A stretch of DNA of 64,000 nt from Bacillota bacterium (GCA_040752635.1 JBFMGS010000001.1:29645-93644); one strand, 5' to 3'; shown: positions 18,258 through 27,783, numbered from the stretch's first letter. Program-made: numbers and translations. Notes: generated by a model from the letters alone, not told the origin.

Positions 18258-19234
18258 ATCCCCATCGCCTGCCTGACTTCCTCCAAGGTCGCCTCTGCCA
18301 CGACCCCGGCCCGTTTCGCACCTTCGCTAAGAACATCGTCCACAAGGCCGGGCTTTCCCTCTATTGCCCTCCTGCGTTCGCGGATGGGCTCGAGAAACTC
18401 GTTAACCGCACGAGCAAGCCGGCGCTTGCAGTCCACGCACCCGATTCCGGCCCTCACGCATTCTTCCGTTATGTCCGCAAGAGCGGTCCTGGAGAATACC
18501 TTGTGAAGCGCGTGCACGGCGCACACCTCAGGGTGGCCCGGGTCTGTCCGCCGGATCCTGGCAGGATCAGTCACCATGTTTTCGATCTTAGCGCGGACTT
18601 CCTCAGCACTCGCTGACATCTCAATGACGTTATCATAGCTCTTGCTCATCTTGCGCCCGTCGGTGCCCGGCAGGAGCACAACCTCGTTCAGTTTCGCCTG
18701 CGGCTCGGAGAACACGGCGCCGTAGAGGAAGTTGAACCGCCTTGCTATCTCCCTCGCAAGCTCGATGTGGGGCAACTGGTCCTCACCCACCGGCACAGCA
18801 TCGGCCTTGTACACCAGGATATCGGCGGCCATGAGCACGGGGTAGCCAAGGAACCCGTGGGTCATTATCTCACGACCCTCGAGCGCGCGGAGCTGCTCCT
18901 TATATGTGGGGCATCTTTCAAGCCACGAAAGCGGCGTGATCATGGAAAACAACAAGGAAAGCTCTGCGTGCTGCTTGACGTCGGACTGCCGTATCACCAC
19001 GCTCTTTTCAGGGTCTATGCCAGCCGAGAGATAGTCGATCACCAGCTCCCTCGTGTTGGCACGGATCTCGCTTGTGTCCTCATAGGCCGTGGTGAGTGCA
19101 TGCCAGTCAACGACTCCGAAAAAGCACTGGTGCTCGTCCTGAAGCCGAACCCAGTTCATGAGAGCCCCAAAAAGGTTGCCTAGGTGCAGTCTGCCTGTTG
19201 GTCGCATCCCGCTGAAGATCCTGGGTTTCGCCAT
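18254..19234 (-). CDS. trpS: tryptophan--tRNA ligase
   Basis: HIGH-like motif (RLHLGNLFG) and KMSKS motif, 326 aa. Confidence 0.95.
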   Translation of the reverse strand: MAKPRIFSGMRPTGRLHLGNLFGALMNWVRLQDEHQCFFGVVDWHALTTAYEDTSEIRANTRELVIDYLSAGIDPEKSVVIRQSDVKQHAELSLLFSMITPLSWLERCPTYKEQLRALEGREIMTHGFLGYPVLMAADILVYKADAVPVGEDQLPHIELAREIARRFNFLYGAVFSEPQAKLNEVVLLPGTDGRKMSKSYDNVIEMSASAEEVRAKIENMVTDPARIRRTDPGHPEVCAVHALHKVFSRTALADITEECVRAGIGCVDCKRRLARAVNEFLEPIRERRRAIEGKPGLVDDVLSEGAKRAGVVAEATLEEVRQAMGI

Positions 19235-19367
19235 ATGGCATCTCCCTTCGTGATGAGCCCGGTCACCGCCCGGTCATGTGCGGTGCGCCCGCTCACGTGC
19301 GCTTCTCGTTACCTACGGACCACGGGAGCCTCCTGAATCCCCGGAAACGAGCCTTCCCATAAGGTGC

Positions 19368-19973
19368 CTACAGAAGTCTGCGCCCGAGCACCAGGAAAGC
19401 GAGGAGGTTCATGATGGGCACGAGCAGCACCGACGTGGCCCCGCTGAACACGAGCAGCAACAGAATGAAGGGCCCATATGATTCGAGTTGGTGATAGATG
19501 TAAAGGTTTCTCCCCCGTAGAACCCCCAGGAGGAGCCTGGACCCATCTAGCGGGGGAAGGGGTATAAGGTTGAACGCTGCAAGCCCCAGGTTTATGATGA
19601 CGCCTGTCACTATAACGCGCGCCGCGTAGTACGGAAGCGGTAGACCCAACCTGAGGGGAAGCGACAGGATGAAAGCAACCGCCACGTTCGCAACCGGACC
19701 CGCCACCCCGACCAGCATCATTCCCCGCCTCCAGTCCTTGAAGTAAGCGGGGTTAACCGGCACAGGCTTGGCCCACCCGAACCTCTGAGTGAGAATGAGG
19801 GTCAGTGTGCCGAACGGGTCAAGATGAGCAAGAGGGTTGAGCGTGAGCCTCCCCTGCCAGCGAGCTGTCGGATCACCCAGGGCGTTTGCTACCGACGCAT
19901 GAGCGTATTCGTGAACGGTTAAGGACAGAAGTACCATGGGAAGCGTCACCAACAAGGAAGCTAGACTGGGCAT
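19368..19973 (-). CDS. site-2 protease family (peptidase M50) membrane metalloprotease
   Basis: HEYAH zinc motif inside a TM helix and an LDG motif. The start is set at MPSLASLL. Confidence 0.7.
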   Translation of the reverse strand: MPSLASLLVTLPMVLLSLTVHEYAHASVANALGDPTARWQGRLTLNPLAHLDPFGTLTLILTQRFGWAKPVPVNPAYFKDWRRGMMLVGVAGPVANVAVAFILSLPLRLGLPLPYYAARVIVTGVIINLGLAAFNLIPLPPLDGSRLLLGVLRGRNLYIYHQLESYGPFILLLLVFSGATSVLLVPIMNLLAFLVLGRRLL

Positions 19974-20028
19974 CAACCGGCCTCCTCCGCAGGTTGTATA
20001 CTCCGGCCGGGCATGTTTCCTTGCCGCA

Positions 20029-21378
20029 TCAGGCGGTGCTGGCGCAAGAAGAGACTCCTTTAGCAAGGTCGAATCTCGCCGGCAGCCGATCCCCAACTAT
20101 CACGTCAGAATAGGCTTCCCTTTGGACAACTATGTCTGCCATGCCGGAGTTCACAAACACCACTGCGGGCCTGGGATACCTGTTGTAGTTGCTGGACATG
20201 GAATAATTGTACGCCCCCGTGCTCAACACAGCGAGGAGATCTCCCGGTTCAACCTTAGGAAGGTGGATATCCCATATCAGCATGTCGCCTGACTCGCAGT
20301 GCTTGCCAGCTATGGATACGACCTCCACAGGGTCCGTGGACGCTTTGTTAGCAACGACCGCCTCGTAAACAGCGCGATACAGCGCGACCCTGGGGTTATC
20401 GGAAAGCCCGCCGTCCACGGCGACATACTTGCGAACGCCGGGGATTTCCTTTATGGCACCAATAGTATACAGCGTCGTGCCGGCCTCGCCCACGATGTAA
20501 CGGCCCGGCTCTACCATAAGACGCGGGAGTTCCAGCCCTTGAACCAGGCACCTCTCGCGCACGACTCTTGAGATAGCCACAGAGTATCTTCCAAATGAAA
20601 TCCCCGCGTCGCCGTTGTTGTACCTGATTCCGAGGCCGCCTCCAAGGTTCACCTCGCGTATGGTGTACCCGCATGCTTTCCTGACCTCGGCCGCGAAGTC
20701 CAGGACGATCCCGGCTGCCACCGCGAACGGCTCAACTGACAGTATCTGGGACCCGATGTGACAGTGCAGGCCTTCGAGGACAAGGGAATCCATGGCAAGC
20801 ACCTTTCTTACCGCGGCCATGGCCTGCCCATCCATGATCCCCAGGCCAAACTTGGAGTCAACCTGCCCTGTCTTGATGTACTCATGGGTATGGGCCTCAA
20901 CTCCAGGGGTAAGGCGGATCTGCACGTGCACCTTCTTTCGAAACCTGCGTGCCGTATTTGCCAAGACATCAAGCTCGTAGAAGTTATCGACTACAAACCT
21001 CATGACGCCTGCTCGAACACCCATCTCTACCTCTTCAGGGGTCTTGTTGTTTCCGTGGAATAGAATGCGATCGGCAGGAAATCCCGCCTGAAGAGCAGTG
21101 TACAGTTCTCCGCCGGACGCCACGTCAAGTCCGAGGCCTTCCTGATGGACGAGCCTGCACATGGCCATGGTACAAAACGCTTTACTTGCGTACGCGACAA
21201 AGCTGTTCGGGTACACGCGCGATAGCGCCCCCACCGCCTCGCGGCACCTCGCACGGATTTCCTCCTCATCCATGACGTAGAGCGGGGTGCCAAAGTCTCT
21301 CGCAAGGCAAGTAGCAGTGCACCCACCAATTTCCAGCTCCCCGTCGTCGGTAATTCTCATTGTCCCACGCAGCTCCAT
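20029..21378 (-). CDS. lysA: diaminopimelate decarboxylase
   Basis: PLP-dependent Orn/DAP/Arg decarboxylase family 2 (AYASKAF, HCHIGSQ, GGGLGI, EPGR). The start is set at MELRGTMRITDD. Confidence 0.9.
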   Translation of the reverse strand: MELRGTMRITDDGELEIGGCTATCLARDFGTPLYVMDEEEIRARCREAVGALSRVYPNSFVAYASKAFCTMAMCRLVHQEGLGLDVASGGELYTALQAGFPADRILFHGNNKTPEEVEMGVRAGVMRFVVDNFYELDVLANTARRFRKKVHVQIRLTPGVEAHTHEYIKTGQVDSKFGLGIMDGQAMAAVRKVLAMDSLVLEGLHCHIGSQILSVEPFAVAAGIVLDFAAEVRKACGYTIREVNLGGGLGIRYNNGDAGISFGRYSVAISRVVRERCLVQGLELPRLMVEPGRYIVGEAGTTLYTIGAIKEIPGVRKYVAVDGGLSDNPRVALYRAVYEAVVANKASTDPVEVVSIAGKHCESGDMLIWDIHLPKVEPGDLLAVLSTGAYNYSMSSNYNRYPRPAVVFVNSGMADIVVQREAYSDVIVGDRLPARFDLAKGVSSCASTA

Positions 21379-21392
21379 AGTCGGCGCTCCTA

Positions 21393-21430
21393 TCCAAAAA
21401 AGGCCGACGGGTTCTGACCCGCCGGCCGCG
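21393..21430 (-). terminator. hairpin plus U-tract terminator/attenuator directly upstream of the lysA RBS
   Basis: On the minus strand, GGCCGGCGGGUCAGAACCCGUCGGCC followed by UUUUUUGG. The RBS AGGAG and the lysA ATG follow within 20 nt. Confidence 0.5.
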
Positions 21431-21499
21431 TCTCTCCTGCTCCTTGGCCGCAGCGCTCCTCGCTGCCCCATGCGGCCCCGGCCCGGCCATCGCGGTTTT

Positions 21500-21530
21500 C
21501 TCCATAATAACACGCAGGTTATAGCTGGTC
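21500..21530 (-). promoter_or_regulatory. candidate sigma-A type promoter (TTGACC-17-TATTAT) of the lysA leader
   Basis: The minus strand reads TTGACCAGCTATAACCTGCGTGTTATTAT. Confidence 0.3.
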
Positions 21531-21692
21531 AATAATCCAAATACGGGCGACACGAGCCCCGGACACAAGTCCCATGTGAGTATGCCTGCGCGAGTAGCGC
21601 AGACGGCTTACCTCGTAATGCAAGTGTATTCCTCTGGGGTCCGCAGTGTGCTCCCTCTAAGTGGAAGTCCAGAAGTGACTCCGACGACACAC

Positions 21693-22652
21693 TCAGAACG
21701 AATCCCACTTGCCGCACCGCGAACCCCACCTTGCAATGACGTCATGCCCCATCTTGATGTTGACCACCTCGCACAGATTGGGGCACCCCTTGCACTCGAA
21801 GCTGCTCGCGGTGTAGTCTGTGTCGAGGACGCTGAACCCCCGGAACCTCGAAGGTCGCGGTTGGCGTTCAATCTCCTCCGCAGACAACAAGGCGGCGCCG
21901 ATGGCGCCCATGACATTGTAGTGCTCAGGCACCACAACCGGCGTGCCGAGGGCCTTTTCAAACGCCGCCCTCATTCCGGCGTTCGCAGCAACTCCGCCCT
22001 GGAAAACCACGGGTGGCTGGATGTCCTTGCCTTTGCCCACGTTGTTGAGATAGTTGCGCACAAGCGCCTCGCACAGCCCCGCCACGATGTCCTCTATCCT
22101 GTGGCCTATCTGCTGTTTATGGATCATGTCTGACTCCGCGAACACCGCACACCTGCCTGCTATCCGCACCGGCGTCGTTGACACAAGGGCAAGCTCCCCG
22201 AACCTCTCGATGGGCACGCCCAGCCTAGCAGCCTGCTGGTCGAGGAACGAGCCGGTGCCTGCAGCGCACACCGTGTTCATGGCGAAATCGGTCACCGCGC
22301 CCTGGCGCAAAATGATTATCTTGGAATCCTGGCCGCCTATCTCGATAACCGTCTGGACATCAGGCACGACACGAGCGGATGCGATTGCATGGGCCGTGAT
22401 CTCATTCTTGACGCAATCGGCTCCGAGGATCACCCCGGCGAGCCTCCTGCCGCTACCCGTGGTCCCAACCCCGGCTATCTCCATATCCTCTACGACAGGT
22501 GCGAGCATCCTCATGCCTTCCTGAATGACTGCTATAGGCTCCCCCCTGGTCCTGAGATATACCTTCTCTACGACATCGCCCCGCTCGTCAAGGATCACCA
22601 GGTTTGTGCTGACAGAGCCCACATCCACGCCCAGGTAGCCTCTCCTCGCCAC
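21693..22652 (-). CDS. CoA-substrate-specific enzyme activase (BadF/BadG/BcrA/BcrD-type ATPase, 2-hydroxyglutaryl-CoA dehydratase component A-like)
   Basis: ASKHA ATPase motifs (LGVDVGSVSTNLVILD, GGQDSKII, AAGTGSF) and a C-terminal Cys-rich tail. Confidence 0.85.
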   Translation of the reverse strand: MARRGYLGVDVGSVSTNLVILDERGDVVEKVYLRTRGEPIAVIQEGMRMLAPVVEDMEIAGVGTTGSGRRLAGVILGADCVKNEITAHAIASARVVPDVQTVIEIGGQDSKIIILRQGAVTDFAMNTVCAAGTGSFLDQQAARLGVPIERFGELALVSTTPVRIAGRCAVFAESDMIHKQQIGHRIEDIVAGLCEALVRNYLNNVGKGKDIQPPVVFQGGVAANAGMRAAFEKALGTPVVVPEHYNVMGAIGAALLSAEEIERQPRPSRFRGFSVLDTDYTASSFECKGCPNLCEVVNIKMGHDVIARWGSRCGKWDSF

Positions 22653-22659
22653 TTAGCAG

Positions 22660-23757
22660 TCACCACCCCTTCGTACGGCGCGTGCGGCGCGACCTTTGCA
22701 CAAGATCCACAAATGCCTCGAGGCGAGTGATGATTCCAGTGTCCGACGAGTGCTCGTCGAAGACGAGCGTCATCACCGGGATTCCCAGATCTTTGGAGAC
22801 AGCCGGGAGCACATCTTGCGCCACGATCTCCGGCATGCAGGTAAACGGGGCGAGCTGAATCACCCCGTCGAATTTCCGCATCGAGTAGCCCACGGTGGAT
22901 CCGACCGTTTCAACGCCGTGCCCCCCAACGAAATGACAGAGGTAGGGCCTGGCCAGCTCGTAAGGCCTGTGCCCTTTTCGGAGGCGCAGCACATCCTTGA
23001 AGAGATGCTCCGCGATCCATTCGCCCAAGTATATGGACCTATCCACGAGCACTCCCATTTCACCGAGATGCCGCTCTACTTCGCAGTTGACAAAGGGCTC
23101 CAGCACCACGTACACCTCCCCCACAATGCCTATCCTGGGAGCGTCCGGGCACACCTCCCCACGCGCTGCAAGAAGCCTCTCCTTACCCTCCTCAAGCGCA
23201 GATGCGACCTGTGCGATGCTTTCCGCACTGTCGACAAGCTTCAAGGCGGATGTGAACGCCGCTGTGGCGGCGCCTTTTTGCTTTTCAAACGCCCGCACCC
23301 GCATAACCAGTTTTTCCAGCTCATCCACGGCCTTAATCTTCGCCCATGCCAGGCGTGCGGCTCTCACATACCTCGCCACGGGTTGCCTGCCAACAAGTCG
23401 CCCTAGCTGGCCGAGGACGTGCCGTAGCCTTCCCTGGGGCGGCTCAACGATGATCATCTCGAAGTCATAGCCAAGCGCTTTAAGGATTTCCCTCTGGACC
23501 TCACCGTAAAGCCCGAAGCGGCACGGTCCGACGCCCCCAGCCATTGCAATGGTATCGGCCCCGAGTTCCATCGCCTCTATGTAGTTCCCGATGTTCACTT
23601 TCAGAGGCAGGCACGCAAACTCAGGCGAATAGCGCGAGCCAAGGGTAAGCGTGCGTTTGCTCGGCGCCGGAGGCACGACGACTTCCACTCCAAGGTCTTG
23701 AAGAATCGCTTTTACAGCTATGTGGAGGTTGCCCATACGGGCGAATGTGACTTTCAT
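22660..23757 (-). CDS. 2-hydroxyacyl-CoA dehydratase-like / DUF2229 family protein (activase-associated)
   Basis: Family recognition, plus tight linkage (7 nt gap) to the activase gene. Confidence 0.7.
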   Translation of the reverse strand: MKVTFARMGNLHIAVKAILQDLGVEVVVPPAPSKRTLTLGSRYSPEFACLPLKVNIGNYIEAMELGADTIAMAGGVGPCRFGLYGEVQREILKALGYDFEMIIVEPPQGRLRHVLGQLGRLVGRQPVARYVRAARLAWAKIKAVDELEKLVMRVRAFEKQKGAATAAFTSALKLVDSAESIAQVASALEEGKERLLAARGEVCPDAPRIGIVGEVYVVLEPFVNCEVERHLGEMGVLVDRSIYLGEWIAEHLFKDVLRLRKGHRPYELARPYLCHFVGGHGVETVGSTVGYSMRKFDGVIQLAPFTCMPEIVAQDVLPAVSKDLGIPVMTLVFDEHSSDTGIITRLEAFVDLVQRSRRTRRTKGW

Positions 23758-24773
23758 ACTCTTCTCCGCCGGGTTATCACGTCTACGAACGCCTCAACCC
23801 TCGTCATGACCCCGGCCTCGCCTGTGTGCTCGTCAACTGTGATGGTCGTGAAAGGCACGTTCTTGTATCTGGCGTATTCACGCTCGAGAAGCTCGCCTAT
23901 GAGGGAGTCGGGTCCACATGCAAACGCGCTCACGTGAAGGCAACCGTCCACCGAGCCAGATCGCAGGAAGTGGAAACCCGCCCCCAGCAGTCTGCGGCCC
24001 AGGGTCCAGAATACCCTCTTGGGAAACCTCGCAGCTTCACGCTCAGTTACTGCAAGCGGAAGCATGTCCGCCGTGACGACCGTAACGCCCATACCCCTAA
24101 GCCTGCGTATGATGTTCATACTCACGAAGGGATCGTAGATGATATACGGGTGGCCCACAAGCCCCACCACAGCCCGCCTTGGGCCCGCGCTCCTGTCAGG
24201 GGATTTGGCCGCTGCTGTCGCCCGACGCGCGGGCTCGTCCCCTGAAACCGTAAGGCCCATGGCCGCCATGGCTTCGTCTGGGGTGAGCCCGCTTTCGACG
24301 CATCTTACAAACCTCCCGAGAGCGGCCCTCGCCTTATTGTGAGCTATAAGTATGTCCAGCGCTCTATTGCCAAATAACCTGCCTGTTGAGTACACGGCGC
24401 GGATGTATTCCCGTGTGGTGCGGCTGAGGTTGATGCAGGAATCGATGATCTTAGGGACGTTCTTGCAGTTGCACCGAACCATGTCCGGCAGGCCCATGAA
24501 CTTCGGGCAGGTGAAAGCCCCCCTCTCCACCGCCACAAGCCTGGGGACGAATATGTAGTCGCACTTGCCGGCAAGCGAGAGCGCGTGGCCGTGGAACACC
24601 TTGACCGGCAGACACGCTTCGTCCACCGTCACCTGTATACCCGCGTCCACAACCGCCTTCGTGGTTTCGCCTGAAGTTATGACCCTCTGGCCCAGCGACT
24701 CGAAGAAAACCTTCCACATGGGGTAATAATAGTAATAAAGCAGGGCACGAGGGATCCCCACGACCTCTCCCAC
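23754..24773 (-). CDS. DUF2229 family protein (putative CoA-enzyme activase-associated subunit)
   Basis: A second paralogous DUF2229-like protein with a conserved Cys-containing N-terminus (DEACLPVK). It shares a 4 nt overlap with the downstream gene. Confidence 0.7.
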   Translation of the reverse strand: MGEVVGIPRALLYYYYYPMWKVFFESLGQRVITSGETTKAVVDAGIQVTVDEACLPVKVFHGHALSLAGKCDYIFVPRLVAVERGAFTCPKFMGLPDMVRCNCKNVPKIIDSCINLSRTTREYIRAVYSTGRLFGNRALDILIAHNKARAALGRFVRCVESGLTPDEAMAAMGLTVSGDEPARRATAAAKSPDRSAGPRRAVVGLVGHPYIIYDPFVSMNIIRRLRGMGVTVVTADMLPLAVTEREAARFPKRVFWTLGRRLLGAGFHFLRSGSVDGCLHVSAFACGPDSLIGELLEREYARYKNVPFTTITVDEHTGEAGVMTRVEAFVDVITRRRRV

Positions 24774-24850
24774 GGTAAGACATCACCTTCCCTCACCAAG
24801 GTTTTGTGATTTGACGAAGACTTGCGATTCTCCTTCCTGGCGAGGCCCGG

Positions 24851-25414
24851 TCAGAGACCTTGTTGTTCCAGGATCTCTCGGATGGCCCTGGTTGTTATCA
24901 GGGCGCCCTTATCGACAGCATCCTGGCCATCCATCTTACCGAGGTCGCCAATCCCAATGATCCTGGGGATGCGAAGGCGCGCAAGGACACCCACCGTATC
25001 CCCTTCAACGCGTTCGTGCCCGGGGGCTTCAGGGATGCCGGACTTGCTGACAGGCTTTTTCGTCACCTCGCCTTCCCTGGTGACAGATTCGTCCACCTTC
25101 ACCGGTTTGTCTCCCTCGGTGTCAGATGCCACAGCAAGCGCGCCGACGATTTCAACCTCCGCATCTTTCGCCAGCTCCTCGAGGGCTTTCTCGCCAGCAC
25201 CTTCGCCCTTTCGTCCCTGGTCGTCGAACATAACTATCACAGGTTCCACTGTGGACTGCTTGACGAGGTCTGCGAGTTCCTCACCTCCTACTTCCGTCGG
25301 GTTCCCTGCAGAGCGTTCCAGGTAAAGCAGGCCGAGGTTGCGCGCTGCCTGCCTCACGGCGGCCTTTGCCTTTCGGTCCCCGTCAGTTACCACGATGACC
25401 TTCTTCTTCGCCAA
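24851..25414 (-). CDS. spoVAEA: stage V sporulation protein AE, soluble part (SpoVAEA, DUF1256)
   Basis: VIVVTDGD...GNPT...VIVMFDDQG..GEG.GE.AL...VGALAVAS...IIGIGDLGKM matches the SpoVAEA pattern. Confidence 0.75.
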   Translation of the reverse strand: MAKKKVIVVTDGDRKAKAAVRQAARNLGLLYLERSAGNPTEVGGEELADLVKQSTVEPVIVMFDDQGRKGEGAGEKALEELAKDAEVEIVGALAVASDTEGDKPVKVDESVTREGEVTKKPVSKSGIPEAPGHERVEGDTVGVLARLRIPRIIGIGDLGKMDGQDAVDKGALITTRAIREILEQQGL

Positions 25415-25429
25415 GCATCCCTCACGTCC

Positions 25430-25780
25430 TCACACTTTGGGTTTGGCAATGAGTGCCACCACCGCGCCAAAAAACGCTGCAACTGCGATTCCCATCCCCG
25501 TGAACTCGAACACGCCTGTAAAAAGCCCTAGGATGCCCATTCTTTTCGCCTCTGCGAGCGCGCCTCTTGCGATGGACGCTCCAAACCCCGAGACCGGTGT
25601 GAGGGCGCCCGCTCCGGCAAATCTGATAAGGGGCTCGTAGAGATCGAGCCCGCCGGCAACTGCGCCTAAGACTGTGAACAGCACGAGTATGTGCCCGGGA
25701 GTGAGGTTGGTGGAGTCCAGCAGTAGTTGGCCGACCGCGGCGATGGCGCCGCCGACCAGAAACGCGTAAAGGTATATCAC
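25430..25780 (-). CDS. spoVAEB: stage V sporulation protein AE, membrane part (SpoVAEB)
   Basis: 116 aa polytopic membrane protein with a SpoVAC/SpoVAEB family signature (PVSGFGASIARG). Confidence 0.85.
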   Translation of the reverse strand: MIYLYAFLVGGAIAAVGQLLLDSTNLTPGHILVLFTVLGAVAGGLDLYEPLIRFAGAGALTPVSGFGASIARGALAEAKRMGILGLFTGVFEFTGMGIAVAAFFGAVVALIAKPKV

Positions 25781-25796
25781 AAGCCCTCTTCTCCTC

Positions 25797-26810
25797 TTAT
25801 GCCTCGATCACCACGGCATGCGCGACGCCCGGTATAGACTCCCCTTGCTGACAGCACAAAGGGCTCATGAGGGCGCCGGTGGCGATGAGCAGAACCCGTT
25901 TGTATACTCCCTTTTCCATCTCTTTCAGGACGTGCCCGAACGTGACAACCGCGGAGCACGCGCAGCCGCTGCCACCGGCTCCGACCTTCTGGGACTTCGT
26001 ATCGAACAGCATGAGGCCGCAGTCCCGGTAGTTGTCGCCGAGCTCCACGCCGTCGTCCTTGACGAGCTCCTTCAGCATCTCGCTTCCGACCGAGGCCAGG
26101 TCCCCGGTTAGGATGAGATCGTAATCACGGGTGCTATGGCCTGTGTCAGAAAAGTGCGTAAGCAGCGTATCCGCAGCGGCCGGGGCCATCGCGCTTCCCA
26201 TGTCGTTCACGTCCTTGAGCCCAAGGTCTATCACCGTGCCGATCGTCGCACCGGTCACCTTGGGCCCGGAACCTGAAGACGCAAGCAGGGCTGCCCCTGC
26301 GCCGGTCACGGTATACTGGGCAGTGGGCTTGTGCTGGCAGTTGACCTCTATAGGGTAGCGGTACTGGCGTTCCGCCGTCTGGTAGTGGCTCGAGGACGCA
26401 ACAAGCACATAGTCGGCAAACCCGCCGTCGATGATCATCCCTGCAAGAGTCAGGCCCACTGCACTTGTGGCGCAGGCCCCGTAGACCCCCAGGTAAGGGA
26501 TGGCGAGCTGTCTTGCCGAGTAACTTGCGGACACTATCTGGTTGAGGAGGTCGCCTGCTATGTAGTAGTCCACCATCTTCTTCTCGACCTTGGCTCGCTC
26601 GATGGCGATCTTCGCGGCTTGCTCCAGGATCTTGGTCTCGCTTCTCTCCGGAGACCTTTCACCGTAGGCGTGATCCGGCAGGACCACATCGAAATCCGAC
26701 GCCAACGGCCCTTTCCCCTCCACCGGGCCCACGATGGTTCCCGTGCCCACGATGATTGGCGAGTTCGTGAACTTGATTGTGCTCCTACCAACTTTCTTGG
26801 CTGCCACGAC
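25797..26810 (-). CDS. spoVAD: stage V sporulation protein AD
   Basis: Thiolase-like fold. It aligns with B. subtilis SpoVAD from TIKFTNSPIIVGTGTIVGPVEGKGPL through LAIPYLGVYGACATS. The start is set at a GTG (VVAAKK) 18 nt after the spoVAC stop. Confidence 0.85.
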   Translation of the reverse strand, partial: VVAAKKVGRSTIKFTNSPIIVGTGTIVGPVEGKGPLASDFDVVLPDHAYGERSPERSETKILEQAAKIAIERAKVEKKMVDYYIAGDLLNQIVSASYSARQLAIPYLGVYGACATSAVGLTLAGMIIDGGFADYVLVASSSHYQTAERQYRYPIEVNCQHKPTAQYTVTGAGAALLASSGSGPKVTGATIGTVIDLGLKDVNDMGSAMAPAAADTLLTHFSDTGHSTRDYDLILTGDLASVGSEMLKELVKDDGVELGDNYRDCGLMLFDTKSQKVGAGGSGCACSAVVTFGHVLKEMEKGVYKRVLLIATGALMSPLCCQQGESIPGVAHAVVIEA

Positions 26811-26827
26811 ACACCAGGCCTTCCCCG

Positions 26828-27337
26828 TCACGGCGAAATCATAAACTTGATGAACGCGACGACGACCCCGCTGATGATCCCGTAGACTATCACCGGGCCT
26901 GCGATGATAAACATCTTGGAGGCCATCCCCAGCACCCATCCCTCGTGCTTGAAGTCCATCGCCGCAGCTACGATGGTGTTCGCAAACCCCGTGATGGGAA
27001 CGGCGGCGCCCGCTCCAGCGAACTCGCCCAGTTCATCATAGATCCCCAGCCCGGTTGCGATCACGCCTATGAGTATCACTACCGCCAGAGTAGGCGCTGT
27101 CGCCGCGTTCAGGTCCAGCCCCCGCGACATGAAGAAATTGAGCACGAACTGGCCCACGACGGCGATGGCACCGCCCACCACGAAGGCCGTGATGAAGTTT
27201 CTCACGTAACGCGGCTTGGGCTTCTTCTTGTTGACAAGCTGCTTGTAAGCGAGCTTTCTCCTTTTCCCTTCCTGAGATGCCTGAGTCATCTCGGGCAGTC
27301 TCGACACCTGCTTCTTGGCTTTTTGCGATGCCACCAC
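26828..27337 (-). CDS. spoVAC: stage V sporulation protein AC
   Basis: SpoVAC family membrane protein with a GTG start (VASQKAKKQ) and a GGGAGGGG RBS. Confidence 0.9.
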   Translation of the reverse strand: MVASQKAKKQVSRLPEMTQASQEGKRRKLAYKQLVNKKKPKPRYVRNFITAFVVGGAIAVVGQFVLNFFMSRGLDLNAATAPTLAVVILIGVIATGLGIYDELGEFAGAGAAVPITGFANTIVAAAMDFKHEGWVLGMASKMFIIAGPVIVYGIISGVVVAFIKFMISP

Positions 27338-27443
27338 GTACCCCTCCCTGGGGACGCCGGCCCAAGGCTAGCCACCCGACAGCCGCTTCGCTTCGCCTCG
27401 CCTCACCTCGCGGGCCGGGAATCGGAACAGCGGCTTTCAGTCG

Positions 27444-27650
27444 TTACGTTCCGTCTACCGCAAAGGCGACGTGCACGTCCGCCTTGTACTTGGTGATCTT
27501 GCCGTTATCCACAGACGCTGTCATGTTCATTACCTCGACACCGCTAATGTTCCTGATTGTCTGCGATGCGGCTTTGACAGCCTGGTTCACCGCATCTTCC
27601 CAGGAGGTCGTGGATTCACCCATCAACTCAACCACCTTCACCACCGTCAC
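27444..27650 (-). CDS. dodecin family flavin-binding protein
   Basis: 68 aa. VVELMGESTTSWEDAVNQAVKAASQTIRNISGVEV...KYKADVHVAFAV is the dodecin (DUF1458) pattern. Confidence 0.7.
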   Translation of the reverse strand: MTVVKVVELMGESTTSWEDAVNQAVKAASQTIRNISGVEVMNMTASVDNGKITKYKADVHVAFAVDGT

Positions 27651-27783
27651 GCTTTTCCACCCCCTTTCCTCCCCTAATTATGCGCACAGCCTGGAGCTTT
27701 AATTCCCCTGAAAGCGCACGCGACCCCCGCGACAAGTAAATGGAGCGCCCTCGCACCAGGGCCGGGCTTTTTTGCGTTCAATG

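Noticed and set aside
19235-19367. T-box leader upstream of trpS
   Set aside because: The spacer is only 133 nt. There is no T-box consensus (AAnnnGGGUGGnACCGCG) or specifier-loop architecture.
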